DNA of 64,000 bases, taken from positions 99,014,001 through 99,078,000 of the forward strand of contig OZ287748.1 of NCBI GenBank assembly GCA_965649765.1, written 5' to 3'. The translations under genes and the position numbers were made by a program. Of the stretch, positions 11,500-23,617 are shown one piece after another. The notes beneath the pieces were generated by a model, which did not search any database, had not been told where the DNA came from, and was given only the letters and a program-made list of their open reading frames with translations. Within the stretch, counting starts at the first letter, position 1, and every line of letters begins with the position of its first letter. The stretch comes from Bispira polyomma. Its lineage: Eukaryota.

Positions 11500-13240
11500 A
11501 ATACATTTCTCCTCTCTTGCACTGTGCATGACCTTCACAGTTCTCCATCTGGTCGCTTGCACTGTGACCTCCACAGTCCTACATTTCCCCTCTTGCACTG
11601 TGACGTCCTCCATCTCCTCTGCCTGAGCATCACAGTGCTACATTTCTTCGGTTGCACTGTGCCTCAGCCCCACAGTCCTCCATCTCTGTTTCACTGTGAC
11701 ATTCACAGTACTACAGTACTACATTTTTTCGGTTGCACTGTCACAGTCCTACATTTATCTCCTCCTGCTTCTGGGGCGGGAACATTTTGAATACTTCTAA
11801 CCTCTAACATTGTTCCCATATTTTAATTGATTATTGTGGCCCCTCTATTATTCGACCATAGTGACCATTATGAAATACAATTAAATATAACATTATCAAA
11901 CAAAATTAGATATTATTACATAATTTTTAAAAAATACATTCCTCCAGTTCACTATGACCTCCACGTGCATCCACTTCTTTTTTGCAGGTGACCTGCACTC
12001 TTCTGCAGTTCTGCATTGTCAAACACTGTAAGCCTCTGGTCTCCTCATATATAAAGGGTCTAATGGGATTGTCCTTGGTGGGACTTCCTTTCCCTTTAAC
12101 AGAGTTCTGCCATGAGGTGACCTGAACGTTGCTCCATTCCTTCCTCCAGTTTACTGTCTGCGACCTCCACATGCATCCACTCCTTTTTTTGTCGGTGACC
12201 TCCACATGCCTCTACTTTATCCATTGCAGTTGACCTACATTACTCCACTCCTTCCTTGAGGTTGACCTCTACTTACCTCCTTTCTTTTGCTAACATACAT
12301 TTTGGGTACCCTTTCTTGTGTGTGATCTCCACCTGCATCCATTCCTACTTTTGCAATTGACCTCCACTTTTCTGGACCCATTGCAGGTGACCTCTGCAGT
12401 GGTGATATTGTTCATGGTGGATCACCTCCACATGCCTTAACTTCAATCTTTGTAGGTGACCTCCTCATCCACTTTTTCATCTTGACCTTTAGGTTACGAA
12501 ATATGCTATCTCTCAGAAACCTGTGTTTACCAGATTATCACAAAATCACATGTTTCTATTGGCAAATTTCCGGCGGGGTCATGTTATCTCTGCGCATGCG
12601 TCATACACCTAGATTAGCGGATGTGTTGAGATAACCTCTACATTATTCATACCCCTTTTTTCTGGTGGAACAGGTTTATTTATTTCCCAAAGTAGCTGTT
12701 GCACACAAGCTGTTTGTAAATAAAACTACACGTAAAATAAAATGTAATTATAAATAATATAATAACTTAATAAAACATTATTACAAAAATTTTTAAAATT
12801 ACATTCCTCCAGTTCAATGTGCTTGACCTCTACATTCATCCACTCCTTTCTTTGAGGGTGACCTCCACTTGCATCCATTTCTTGTGGGTGACCTGTACGT
12901 TCCTCCATTCTCTGCTTGAGTTTTTCTTGTCTGTGACCTCCACATTCTTCTTTGCAGGTGACCTTCACTTTCCTGCACTACTTGCAGGTGACCGCTAGAT
13001 TGTTCAATCCTTTCAGGTGGATGACCTCCACATGCCTTAACTTCTTCCATTGCAGGTGACCTCCACATTCTTCTTTGCAGGTGACCTCCACATTCTTCTT
13101 TGCAGGTGACCTCCACACTCCTGCATTATTGGCAGGTGACCGCTACATTGTTCAATCCTTTCAGGTGGATGACCTCCATATGCTCTTTGTCTGTGACCTC
13201 CACATGCATCCGCTTCTTTTTTGCAGGTGACCTCCACTGT
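11500..13240. repeat. Three blocks of degenerate ~25-bp minisatellite (TGCAGGTGACCTCCAC core)
   Basis: Blocks ~11500-11760, 11935-12480, 12800-13240, each starting with a similar ATACATTCCTCC-like sequence after an AT-rich tract. Confidence 0.85.
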
Positions 13241-13725
13241 TTACGTGTGAAATCTTCCTCAACTTCTGTACACTCTTGAGTGCCCTCATTGGGCGCCTTA
13301 ACCGGAAGTTTGGTTCATCCTGCAGTGACATTTCTGCTTACCAAATGTGACCCTCGCATTCGATCACTCTGGTTCATCCTGTTGTGACAGTTCTGCTCAT
13401 CAAAAGAGGCACTCGCATTCTATCGCCCGGCTTCAGTAAAGCTAGTCGCATTAGTTACAAAATGGGTCACAGATCTCTTCATGCTTTTCCTAAGTAAAAT
13501 AAAATTATAAATAAAATAAAGAAATGAATAAAATAAAATCATAAATAAAATAAACTTAAAAAAACTTAAAACACATATACACGTAATACAAGTTCTACCT
13601 CTATCAGTGGGGGTGTCTACAATGCTGCTGCTGTTATTATTGTTGTCTTGATTTATCTTCTTTCTATAGTCGTTAATATTGATGACTTGTAGTCGAACTG
13701 TTGTCGAAGTCCACGATGTGTGGGA

Positions 13726-14030
13726 GGTTTGACAGCTGATGAGGCTGCTTAGAAATGGCAAGGTCGCAGATTGTAGGTTTTCTGCATGTTCACTTCCATT
13801 TTTACCTCACTGTCATCCTCAACGTTTGACAGCTGATGAGGCTGCTCAGAAATGGCAGTGTATCTTTTGGGTCGCAGATTGTAGGTTTTCTGTATGTTCA
13901 CTTTCATTTCTACCTCACTGTCATCCTCAAAGTTTGACAGCTGATGAGGCTGCTCAGACATGGCAGTGTATCTTTTGGGTCGCAGATTGTAGGTGTTCTG
14001 CATCTTCACTTCCATTTCTACCTCACTCTC
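13726..14030 (-). repeat. 117-bp coding-like tandem repeat (~3 copies) with TYNLRP motif
   Basis: ORF 13749-14015: EDDSEVEMxVxxQKTYNLRPKRYTAxSEQPHQLSN repeated. Confidence 0.85.
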
Positions 14031-14169
14031 ATTGTCTCAGTTCACAATGTCATTCCAAGATTTGTGCCTTCTCTTTGGGCGATGCTTTCGATTGTTTTTA
14101 AATCTACCCTCGTCATCATTATAAAGTGAATTAAAATTATAAATAAAATGAAATTATTAATATATTTAA

Positions 14170-14920
14170 ATGATAAATAAAAAAAATAAAATTATAAATA
14201 AAAAAATAAATTACACATTACACTGTTTACAATTGTCAATTACATTCTACACTTACACCTTCAATGGTGTAAAGTTGAATGAAAGAACTCTACCAACTCT
14301 TGCACAGAATTTTTTGAGTTTATTTGTTCCTATGTGCTTCTTTCTATTTAGCTTAATTATGTCATCTGATGATGTATCCATTTTGTCCTAATTGGATGCA
14401 AAGTCATAAATGAGTCATTGATAATGGGATTATCATCTTCTCCTGACCAGGGGATTTAAGAAATGGGGAAGCGTTGCATGGTCATCCTTTAACGTTTAAG
14501 AGGTTGTTGAAAATCAATTAACTTAAAGTAAATAAAATTATAAATAAAATAAAATTATAAATAAAAAATAAATTAAACATTACACATTGTCAACTACATT
14601 CTACACTTATACCTTCAATCGTGCACAGTTGAATAAAGGAACTCTACCAACTCTTGCACGGGATTCTTTGAGTTTATTTGTTGGTATGTGCTTCTTTATA
14701 TAGAACTTTATAATGTCATCTAAGGTCTTCTATAAATGCATCATTATCATCTTTATCTTCTCCTGACTAGGGAATTTTAGAAATGGGGAAAGTGTTGCAT
14801 GGTCATCTCTTAAAGTTTAAGAGGTTAAACTTAAATAAGAGGTTAAACTTAAATAAAATAAACTTATAAAATTAGAAATAAAATAATAAATTAAACATCA
14901 CACATTACAATTACATTCTA
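14170..14920. repeat. ~350-bp direct duplication of an exon-like module plus AT-rich spacer
   Basis: 14230-14500 vs 14580-14825 share CTTACACCTTCAAT..GAACTCTACCAACTCTTGCAC..GAAATGGGGAA; minus strand reads DDIIK..KKHI.TNKLK..ARVGRV then a GT donor-like site. Confidence 0.75.
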
Positions 14921-15354
14921 ATCTTGAGAGAGGTTGATCTTTATCCTGTGTGTTGTGATTTCCTGTATCCTCTTCTTCCAAACTATTGCCATTCTCTTCC
15001 AGAATTTGTGTCTCTGCATTACTCTTTCAATAACACCACATCGTGCAGTTACATTTTATTCGATTTCTTATCATTCAATTATGTTGTTCAGTAATTGTTT
15101 TCTTGGATGCCAATTCTCACCCAGCAAAGTACATTGTTGATACCTTACAGTATCCAGAGTAGCAGTTTTAATGTATTGGTGATGTAGTTTCTCACAAAGT
15201 AATGCCAGAGTAATGTATTGGTGATATAATTGTGATGTACTTTGTTTTGTTACAAATTAAAGTAAAAGAATTTTGGATTTCAGTTACTTGTGTTATTTAA
15301 TCTTATCTTTTTATTAAAATTTTACCTTTGCAAACCAAAGGGCTAGTTATTTGG

Positions 15355-15780
15355 TTTTGGGTTTGAACCCAGTTGATGTTGGTTAAGACAATGTCCATTT
15401 GAAACTTTTGAAAGTCAAATGACTAGTTCTTTGTTCCTGGGTTTGAACCCAGTTGATGGTGGTTGGGATAAATGTCCCTTTGAAAGTCAGATGACTAGTT
15501 CTTTGCTCCTGGGGTTGAACCCAGTTAAGAGTGGTTGAGACAATGGCCATTTAAAACTTTTGAAAGTCAAATGACTAGTTTTTTGCTCCTGGGTTTGAAC
15601 CCAGTTGATGGTGGTTAAGATAAATGTCCCTTTGAAAGTCAGATGACTACTTCTTTGCTCCTGGGTTTGAACCCAGTTGATGGTGGTTGAGATAAATGTC
15701 CCTTTGAAAGTCAAATGACTAGTTTTTTGCTCCTGGGTTTGAACCTAGTTGATGGTGGTTAATTGCCCTTTGAAAGTCCA
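15355..15780. repeat. 72/80-bp tandem repeat, 6 copies
   Basis: GGGTTTGAACCCAG-like motif at 15359, 15439, 15511, 15591, 15663, 15735 (spacing 80,72,80,72,72). Confidence 0.92.
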
Positions 15781-16000
15781 TCCTGGTGAAATTCCTATAA
15801 CTGGCAGGGTCCTCAGCCTCAAGCTCTGCAACAGGTGCTCGTAGAATTGAAAGAGTGGTCTCCTGAGTATCCAGGGCCTGGTCCACACCTGACTCTGCCT
15901 TCTCCTTTTCACCACACCTACCTGTTCTTCCATACCTACCCGTTCCAAATATTGAGTGGCATTAAAATTTTCTGCATCGCTTGTACTTGACCATCATAGC
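15780..16000 (-). pseudogene. Harbinger transposase N-terminal fragment
   Basis: RRRQSQVWTRPWILRRPLFQFYEHLLQ/EAEDPASYRNFTRM, the typical PIF/Harbinger transposase N-terminus; DDE core absent. Confidence 0.8.
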
Positions 16001-16491
16001 TTGTTGCAGGACCTGGAATTGCTTAAGGCGTAATCTAAGCGTACTTGGAGCGTAAGTGAAGCAGCTGAAGCGCAATAAAAGCATCCCAAACATAGTGAGT
16101 GGAATCAAAACATAAGGGAAACGTTATAATACATGACCGAAACGTATTGAACATTTCCAAACGTAATAAATAACGTGCCAGGCGTGACAAGCGTGATTAA
16201 AACGGCAGCTAAAAATCACATTCCATGCGTGTCAATATGTGGAAGAAATGGGAAAAAAAAGATTAAATGTGCCTAAAGCGTGATAGAAGCGGCTTGGACG
16301 TAATTTTGGGCTTACGCTTGTTTACGCTAAAAAAATTAACTTTGTTTACTTGCGTTTCCTCATGTTTGCGAAAAAAAACCGTAAGTGAAATGTACTCAGT
16401 GTGGCTACGGCATTAGGTAGCTAGTGTATTATATTATATAATATAAATAGAATTTACAGCATGTTGTACCCTAACACTATAGGACATCTTC

Positions 16492-16730
16492 TGCTGTGGT
16501 CACACTGAGCATGTTTGTGTTTACGTTCTCTTGTTTTAAACGTAAGCAAACGGAAATAAATAAAGTGAAAATTTAAGAAAACGTAACAAAAAATCGATGT
16601 TTGGGCCATTTTGTACACATTTGTACACACATTTAACATGTTTTATTAGCCGTTTAAATTATGTTTGTACCATTAGCTACGTTTTAAAGTACGTTAGTCA
16701 CGTTTTCTAAACTGGTTTCGATCTCGTTCT
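16492..16730. mobile_element. Harbinger MITE left-end fragment related to the 7811 TIR
   Basis: TGCTGTGGTCACACTGAGC start; similar to 26381-26640. Confidence 0.6.
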
Positions 16731-18827
16731 CATGACATAGATGGCTTTCAAATATCTAGGAAAAAATCTGAAATTTGCCGTGTCCTTGAAATTAGGCCTT
16801 AGTTTCTAAATGGACACTGGCTGGAGGACAAATTTACCTTTTTTTCAAGTTAAGCATATGCTAGCTGTTCAAAACTTCATCAAGCGTTAAACTACACCAT
16901 GGACTAGATAAAGTTTGAATACCTAGGACAAAATATAGAATTTGAAAATTTGTTGGGACTTTGAAAGTTGGCCTAAGTCTCTGAATGGACACTGGATTAT
17001 CTGTCAAAATATTTTATCTGCTGACCTGTCTATTTCAAAGTAAAATAAGAAAATATTATCTGTCGATCTGTCAACCTATAAGTTACAGAAGAAATTTATC
17101 TGTCGCCCTGTCAACCTATACGTTACAAAAAAAGCCCCCACAGATAGAATTGTAAACCTATCCCCCACCTTCTCTTTTGTCATTTCCCCCTTGTTGCCAC
17201 TCTATATGCAAATGACATTCATGCTTTTCAGTGGGGTTGAGCATTACTCATAAAACCCCAAAATTGAAATAGACTTAGATAACACTAGTCTTTCACAGGC
17301 ATTATATAGCATTAATATTCCTGATTCACAATATACCATTGGACAGAGTACAAGAATTAAATACTTCTTTACCAATCCTAATCGCCCTTAACAGGCTAGC
17401 TATTACTTTAGGACATTGTTCAGTAAAGTGTTTACTTGTATATATTTTCCAAGACATGTGCTTTCCCCCAACGGAATATATCATGAAAAATGAGTTATTT
17501 AGTTGGCCAAAATACAAATCGTATTTTACAAACAAATAAAATAAAAAATAAATATATTAAAACGGGGGACACATCCTTAGTACCAAATAGTCATAACTAC
17601 CGAAAATGAAGTAATAATTATATAAAAAGATGGTCCATAGTGCTGTCTACACCTTCAGATTTTTCCAAAGCAATATCTTGGTAAACGCCCTTAACTGGGC
17701 ATACCAAGATAAACATACAAATTGCAATATTAAAGCTTCTATCAGTTGGTGAAACAATAAAAACTATTCAAAAAGAACAGTTTTCAGATCTCGGATGGAG
17801 AATCACAGCGATTTATGCTGCGCCAATTTCTGCCTGCATGCTTACAGTACCCTTTTCGAGGGTGTGACCTGGGAATTACCCTAAGGCCAAAACTAAAATA
17901 AATCCAACACCTAAGATTCATGATATGGACACATGGACAGATAGTATCACCCCTAATATCAATTTCTTTTATAATCCATGGGTACAGATGCATCGAGACA
18001 GACACATGGACAGAGAGTATCTGAAACACCCATCTCTGATGTCTTTCGAAATGACGGGGATGCCTTTTTTCATTTAGTGTATTACAATGTTGAGACAGAT
18101 CAATTTGTGTCTAAAACTTTAAAGTTACTCTGTTTGTGTACATTTTATTTTATTTCTAGTGTGTTACCAGTGTATAAGTAAAGACTTGGGGAATGTATTA
18201 GGTTATATGTCGTGTAAAACACTTTTTGACAGAGATATATATAAGTTTTCTATTTAGGTATATGCAAATTTGCAAATATTTGTGTGTACATTATTGAATA
18301 TATTATCCCACACTCATGTTCTTGCATTTAGTGAAAATTAAATGCCGTCATACCATTGTCTTTTTGACTCTTGGATGTTTTTTTTTAGTAAGGTCGAAGT
18401 ACATTTATGATAAGAAAGTAATGATAAGGAAACATAAAGCAATTATTGATAGAAACATCACACATAACGAAACAGCATTAATAAACCTAGAAAATTGCCA
18501 TACATAACAATGGCCACGTGAAGCACCCAAATTACTTGAATACATTTAGATAGATTCTTTTCGATTAATTAGTATTTTTTTTTATTTAAAAATTCACACT
18601 CACTATTTGCAACGATTTGCGTACTGCTAATGAACATGGTCAGAACTGAGAAGAAACCGGTATAACTGAACTTGTCCGTGTTTTAGTAAGTCGTCAGAGA
18701 TCAGGGGTGGTCGTCAAAAAGAATTTACTCTAAAACTGTTGTCTTAACCAGTTTAATTAGTTGAAAAATATTATTTCAAAAATCTGATTGGCCAAATCAA
18801 ATACTAAATCTAACAAATAAAAACTAA

Positions 18828-19380
18828 TACCGAGGTCACTTTTACACGAATGGCAATTACGAACTTGTCACGAATTAATTTGTGACAGTAGGTCTTGGTA
18901 CTATGTCTGGAAACATGTCGTACCTGACTTGGTTATGTAGTGATCACACTGTCCACGTTCTCTCGACCTTTTGAACACCGTTCTGAGAACCTGTGTGAAC
19001 TGGAGTGAATGTCTAACATCTAGACATAAACTGAGCATAAACATGTGAGATCAGCAAGAACGGGAGACAGAGCCAGAAATTTTGAACGTTTAAAACTTCC
19101 GTGGGTGGTTGGCTCTGAAAGCACATCTTGAGAGAACTAAAGAAAAGGGGCAAAAACTGCTTAGAACTTGTGTGATCTGGCCAGAACTGGAATAATTTGG
19201 TGTAATCTGGAGCAAACGTTATACGAACGTGTGATAAACTGCTCAGATCTGTCATAAATTGGTGATATCTGGTCAAAACGGCGCATATCCTGGGTCTAAA
19301 CGGGGCTAAATGGGGCATGAACAGGGGATGCAAATTTTCTCCTGACCAGCCAAGTTCTAATAATTGCAAGTAAACTGGTA
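18828..19380. mobile_element. Probable Harbinger-type MITE
   Basis: Imperfect TIRs TACCGAGGTCAC / GTAAACTGGTA, TAA on both sides (18825-18827, 19381-19383). Confidence 0.5.
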
Positions 19381-19968
19381 TAATACCCCTGTTCAACTTA
19401 GCCAATCATAGCTCCCGACCATCCCAATCTAAGGCTTGTTAGCTACTCGAGGGTTTAATTGGTAGAATCAGGACTTGCTCTCAAGTTAACTCGGGGCAAT
19501 CGGGAGCAAAGAGGAGCTTGCAACGACTTATTGTTAGGCCCTAACCACCTATCTTTACAATCGTCCCTGCCCAGGACCCAAATCGGAAGCAATTTCAAAG
19601 AAAACCATAACGATAGGTCGGGAAGCTACCAACTTATTGGCCGTTGTCTCCGAGTTATTCTGTCATGTGCTAAGGATAAGTCCTTGAAGTGTAAAGATAA
19701 CTAGGGCGTGGCTTTTGATAGCGCATGAACAAACCCTCGAGTGTAAGGATAGCTCGGGAACACGGAAAACAACTCAGGGCTGATAACGAGTCAAATCGGG
19801 GGACAAAAAACATATAAAAGGATGCCGTGACAGTAAACGTCACCTCATTTAATTTTTAGCAGGGAAGAGTACACATCTGCAACTGGAAATTCAATCGGCA
19901 ATATATATTATAGATTTATGTCTTTTTTTTTTGTGAGCTAGAAGTTTAAAAGTTTTTCTTGCTTAAAT

Positions 19969-21510
19969 ATGCCACCCAGGAAGAGAGGAAGGAAGATGAA
20001 GATGGCGACTTTTGATGAGGAGGATAGGGAGTTTGATGTTAACAGACCTAAAGTCAGGCTTTGACAGTGGTACCAGAAACCCAGTTATCACAGTTATCGC
20101 CCAGAACAAGAAACAGCAGAGACCCAAGGTACAGAGGGACATGATTCAACTGGTGATACCGAGGTTGCAGTCCTTTCAAGGAAGCAGAGGAAGGGGCAGA
20201 TGAAGACAGTGTTAATGACCGAAAAACTGGAGGAGGCTGTCATTGACTTCACAAGTGGCTATACAACGAATGCCACACTGACCATAAGGACAATCAAAAG
20301 AGGAACATGGCCTTTGAGGAGTTCTTCGGGCCAAGGAGCTTGATGCCGGGGAAGTCAAGAAGTGGCTCCAATCCCAGCGCACCATTTACTGGAAGCTGAG
20401 TGTGCCAAAGTCAGGTCAAGCCCCCCCCTCCCCCCCCCTGAGTTGACAGACAGACAGAACTGGGTGAAGGACAACTTTAAGTTTCTGCGGCCTCACATCA
20501 TCTGCCAAGTGAACAGGATGGCTGGCTCCAAGCCCATATCACCTGCCTCTGCCTCAGCTTCTGTTTTTGCTGATCGTAGGTCCAAGACACCAACAGGGTC
20601 ACAGTCCAACACAGACAAGGCTGACTTGGAGATGGAGGATTACATGCCATTGCTGTCACTAGCCACACTTTCACAACAGTTATCTGCCTTTGGAGGGCAG
20701 TCTACTTCAACGCACTGTGATGCAATGGCAGTCGACTTCAAGAACAGCATGTCCAAGATGGAAGATAGGATAGTTTCCTGAATGACACCGTAAAACGAAA
20801 ACCTGAGAGACTAAAAGCCACCTTTATAAACTGGCTGTCCTTAGAGACTGAAAAACTGTCGAACACTTTGTTCAACACCTTCAGGAAAGAGGCCTTCACC
20901 TGGTCAGCAACTTACAGGAATGGGCTGAACAGGGGGTTGAATTCACCCATTTCCAGCAACAACCACCACAGTATCAACCATTTCAACCACAGCCGAGTAC
21001 CTCCTATGGCATGGGGCCACCTACTTTTTCCCATAGCAGCAACAGCCACCACAACAGTATGTACAGTACATCAACCAACCACATGCCAGACCACAGATCC
21101 CACAGCTCCAAACCCTTTACCAATCAAGACAGTTTAACGACCACCAACACCAAGTGGAAGAGTTGCCAGTATATCTAGCATAACTGTTCTGGCATTAGAC
21201 ACCCCGGGTCAGTTGAGTCAAACATTCTGAACAGTTCTGCAGTGTCATCAATGGTCAGAAATATGGGCATAGGCCCAGGGGATATCAGCTACCAGAGCAT
21301 AGACACACTTTCACATTATGAGCATCAGATCACAGACACAACCAATACAGCCTCAACCTCAGCCATCACAACAACCTCCACCACCCCAGTTGAATCTGCC
21401 AAATCAGTAGAGTGTACATATCAAAACCAATTGGCCCGTTTCAGGGCCACCAAAATGTTTCAAAAACAGTATCTGAGCTGTTTGTTGAACCCCAAAAAAA
21501 CCTCACTGTA
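19969..21510 (+). pseudogene. Harbinger MADF-like protein gene, frameshifted
   Basis: MPPRKRG start; LEEAVIDF..WLYN..HKDNQKR; KKWLQSQRT; LTDRQNWVKDNFKFLRPHI; Gln/Pro/Thr-rich tail. Confidence 0.75.
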
Positions 21511-21614
21511 AGAAATATACTGGCCCCACATATAACTTATCACACATACACACATAACAAAAACAATACTTGGCCCCTCCCAACAGAAATAAAAATCTGC
21601 TGTTAAATTTTTAA

Positions 21615-21870
21615 CCTGTGAAAGCCCACCCAATATATGTTGGAGTTGTTGGGCAAGACAAGAATTTGTCCAGGTATTCATCAATGATTGCCACAACTCG
21701 GGGACCAACTTGGTTATGGTGGACCTCCCCACTGCAAAGGAGTAATGTAGAGAACTGTAGGTCTCCCCAGTGGCCAAATGTCTCACTGTTATGTCGATCT
21801 TCAGTCCAGGGGACAGTGGCTTTCTAAACCAGGTGGCCTGCTTCTCGATCCTATGCCCCACCCTCCTCTC
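21615..21870 (-). pseudogene. Harbinger (HARBI1-type) transposase fragment, HTH region
   Basis: IEKQATWFRKPLSPGLKIDITVRHLATGETYSSLHYSFAVGRSTITKLVPE, a conserved PIF/Harbinger transposase segment. Confidence 0.88.
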
Positions 21871-22278
21871 TTAAATCTGTCTGGATTTAAGTTAAGCTAG
21901 GGTTTACAGGTGACAATCTTGGGCATTGCGAGGTTTCCGCTGATGTTAATTACCAGGATTTGTCGGAAGAATCAGTAACCATTCTGAGTTGCAGCATCTC
22001 TGAGTTGTCTTAACGATCGTAAGCAGTCCTACCGCCTTATCGTCCCAGATTGGGGAGGTCTAGGCAGCCATTTGTCCACCGGGAGGTCAAATCAGGTCAA
22101 TTGTTGAGATCAATCAGAAGTCCCTCCGACTTATCGTCGCTCGAAAGTCTTCACGATTATAATTGTGTGATACAGATCTTCCTGTGCTTTTCTTCAAAAA
22201 TCGGGGGCCGAGTGCCCACAATGCATCATCGGGAGGCTAGCCCCGATCAATTGGCTAAGTGGAACAGCCACATATAAA

Positions 22279-22546
22279 CAATAATAATAATAATGCATTT
22301 TTAACGTGCTTTATTGATGCCAGGCATCTTCTAAAGCGCAACAGCAGAATCAGTGATCCAATCGTAAAGTCCATGGGCATAGCAAGGTCGTAAGGGTAGG
22401 GGGGTTAACAGCTGGTTGATCAGCAAGCAACCAGATTGAGTATTAACCCCCCCTGTAGCATCCGGCGGCAAGGGGCGCAACTCCCTTTCACGCTTCACAT
22501 GGTGAAGGGTGCCGTAGCAAGAACCTGGACAGTGTGACTGCCACAT
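22279..22546 (-). mobile_element. SINE (or LINE 3' UTR) carrying the L2 stem-loop tail and (ATT)n
   Basis: Tail GCGCTTTAGAAGATGCCTGGCATCAATAAAGCAC + (ATT)n; non-coding body whose start ATGTGGCAGTCACACTGTCC recurs at ~33941. Confidence 0.7.
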
Positions 22547-22952
22547 TAGTGATCCAAAAATATATTGAACTATTCAACTAAGGGGTTGGTATATTTTGTG
22601 TTTATTTAAGATGGCGTCTTGCCACTTTGATTTCTATGTTTTAAGAGAAGCCCCACTACTTTTGGCGGCAAACTGAGGGTTAACTATGGCAGTGCCCCCT
22701 CCCCCCAGCTAATTGGGACAAATAGGGGAAGTCTAAAGGTGTTAAGCTGGAGTGGCAGCACTGACCTTGCTAGCCCTTATACCCTTCACTGTTGTTGGAA
22801 TAATCAAAATTCCAATTAATTAAAGGAAATGCTACATGGCTTACTTAAATATGGTTCTATATTAATAGGGTAACCACCAAATTTCTCTGATAATTGCGAC
22901 TACTGGTGTAAAACCACGTACACATAAAAATTATTGAATTGTTTTGAGTAAT

Positions 22953-23617
22953 TACCAAAGCCTATACAGGTCATATAAAAAAAAAATTATCTCGTAATTA
23001 CGAGATAGTGCTATGTCGAAATTACGAGATAATTTTTTTTAAAAACGAAAACAAACTTTTTTAAAAAACAAAAAACAAACTTTTTTTAAAAACGAAAAAC
23101 AAACTTTTTTTAAAAACAGAAAACAAATATATGCAACGTTGTAATTTCAACATAGTGCTATGTCGTAATTTCAACATAGTGCTATGTCGTAATTTCAACA
23201 TAGTGCTATGTCGTAATTTCAACATAGTGCTATGGCGTAATTTCAATATAAGACTGTCTTGTATTTAAGAGATGAGGCTTTCTCATGATTACAACATTCA
23301 TGTTCATTTAAAAAATAAAAAAATAAATAAAAATACCTACATATTGGCCTTATGTTAAAATTACGACATAGCATATATTTGTTTTCCGTTTTTAAAAAAG
23401 TTTGTTTTTCGTTTTTAAAAAAACATTGTTTTTCGTTTTTAAAAAAATTTGTTTTTCGTTTTTAAAAAAAATTATGTCGTAATTACGACATAACACTATC
23501 TCGTAATTATGAGATATAAGTCGTAATTACGAGATATATGTCGTAATTACGACATAACATTATATCGTAATTACGACATAAAAAGTTTTTTAGGTTTGAC
23601 CTCTATAGGCTTCCGTA
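22953..23617. mobile_element. Palindromic MITE with internal 24-bp tandem repeats, 3-bp TSD
   Basis: Ends TACCAAAGCCTATACAGGTCA / TGACCTCTATAGGCTTCCGTA; AAT on both flanks (22950-22952, 23618-23620); inverted A-/T-rich arms; TGTCGTAATTTCAACATAGTGCTA repeats. Confidence 0.85.

Larger units (their letters stand above)
7811..16412. mobile_element. PIF/Harbinger DNA transposon, 8.6 kb, defective, with internal cargo
   Basis: TIR TGCCGTGGTCACACTGAG (7811-) / CTCAGTGTGGCTACGGCA (-16412); TTA on both flanks (7808-7810, 16413-16415); convergent MADF-like gene (+) and transposase N-terminus (-); ACG/CGTT-rich subterminal regions. Confidence 0.88.
19384..22272. mobile_element. Second PIF/Harbinger element, internally deleted (~2.9 kb)
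   Basis: Inverted ends CTGTTCAACTTAGCCAAT / ATTGGCTAAGTGGAACAG; TCGGG/CCCGA-rich subterminal regions; convergent MADF-like and transposase remnants. Confidence 0.8.

Noticed and set aside
15355-15780. CRISPR-like regularly spaced palindromic repeat
   Set aside because: The intervening sequences are themselves repeated (no unique spacers), there are no cas genes, and the context is eukaryotic; it is a tandem satellite.
17640-17900. Candidate upstream exons of the 2OG oxygenase (TTTTCAG acceptors, ENHSD peptide)
   Set aside because: Frames close quickly and lack the HxD-x-G-x-LT-L context or a suitable donor.
23061-23246. ORF with MLKLRHST repeats
   Set aside because: Translation of a 24-bp tandem repeat inside a MITE.
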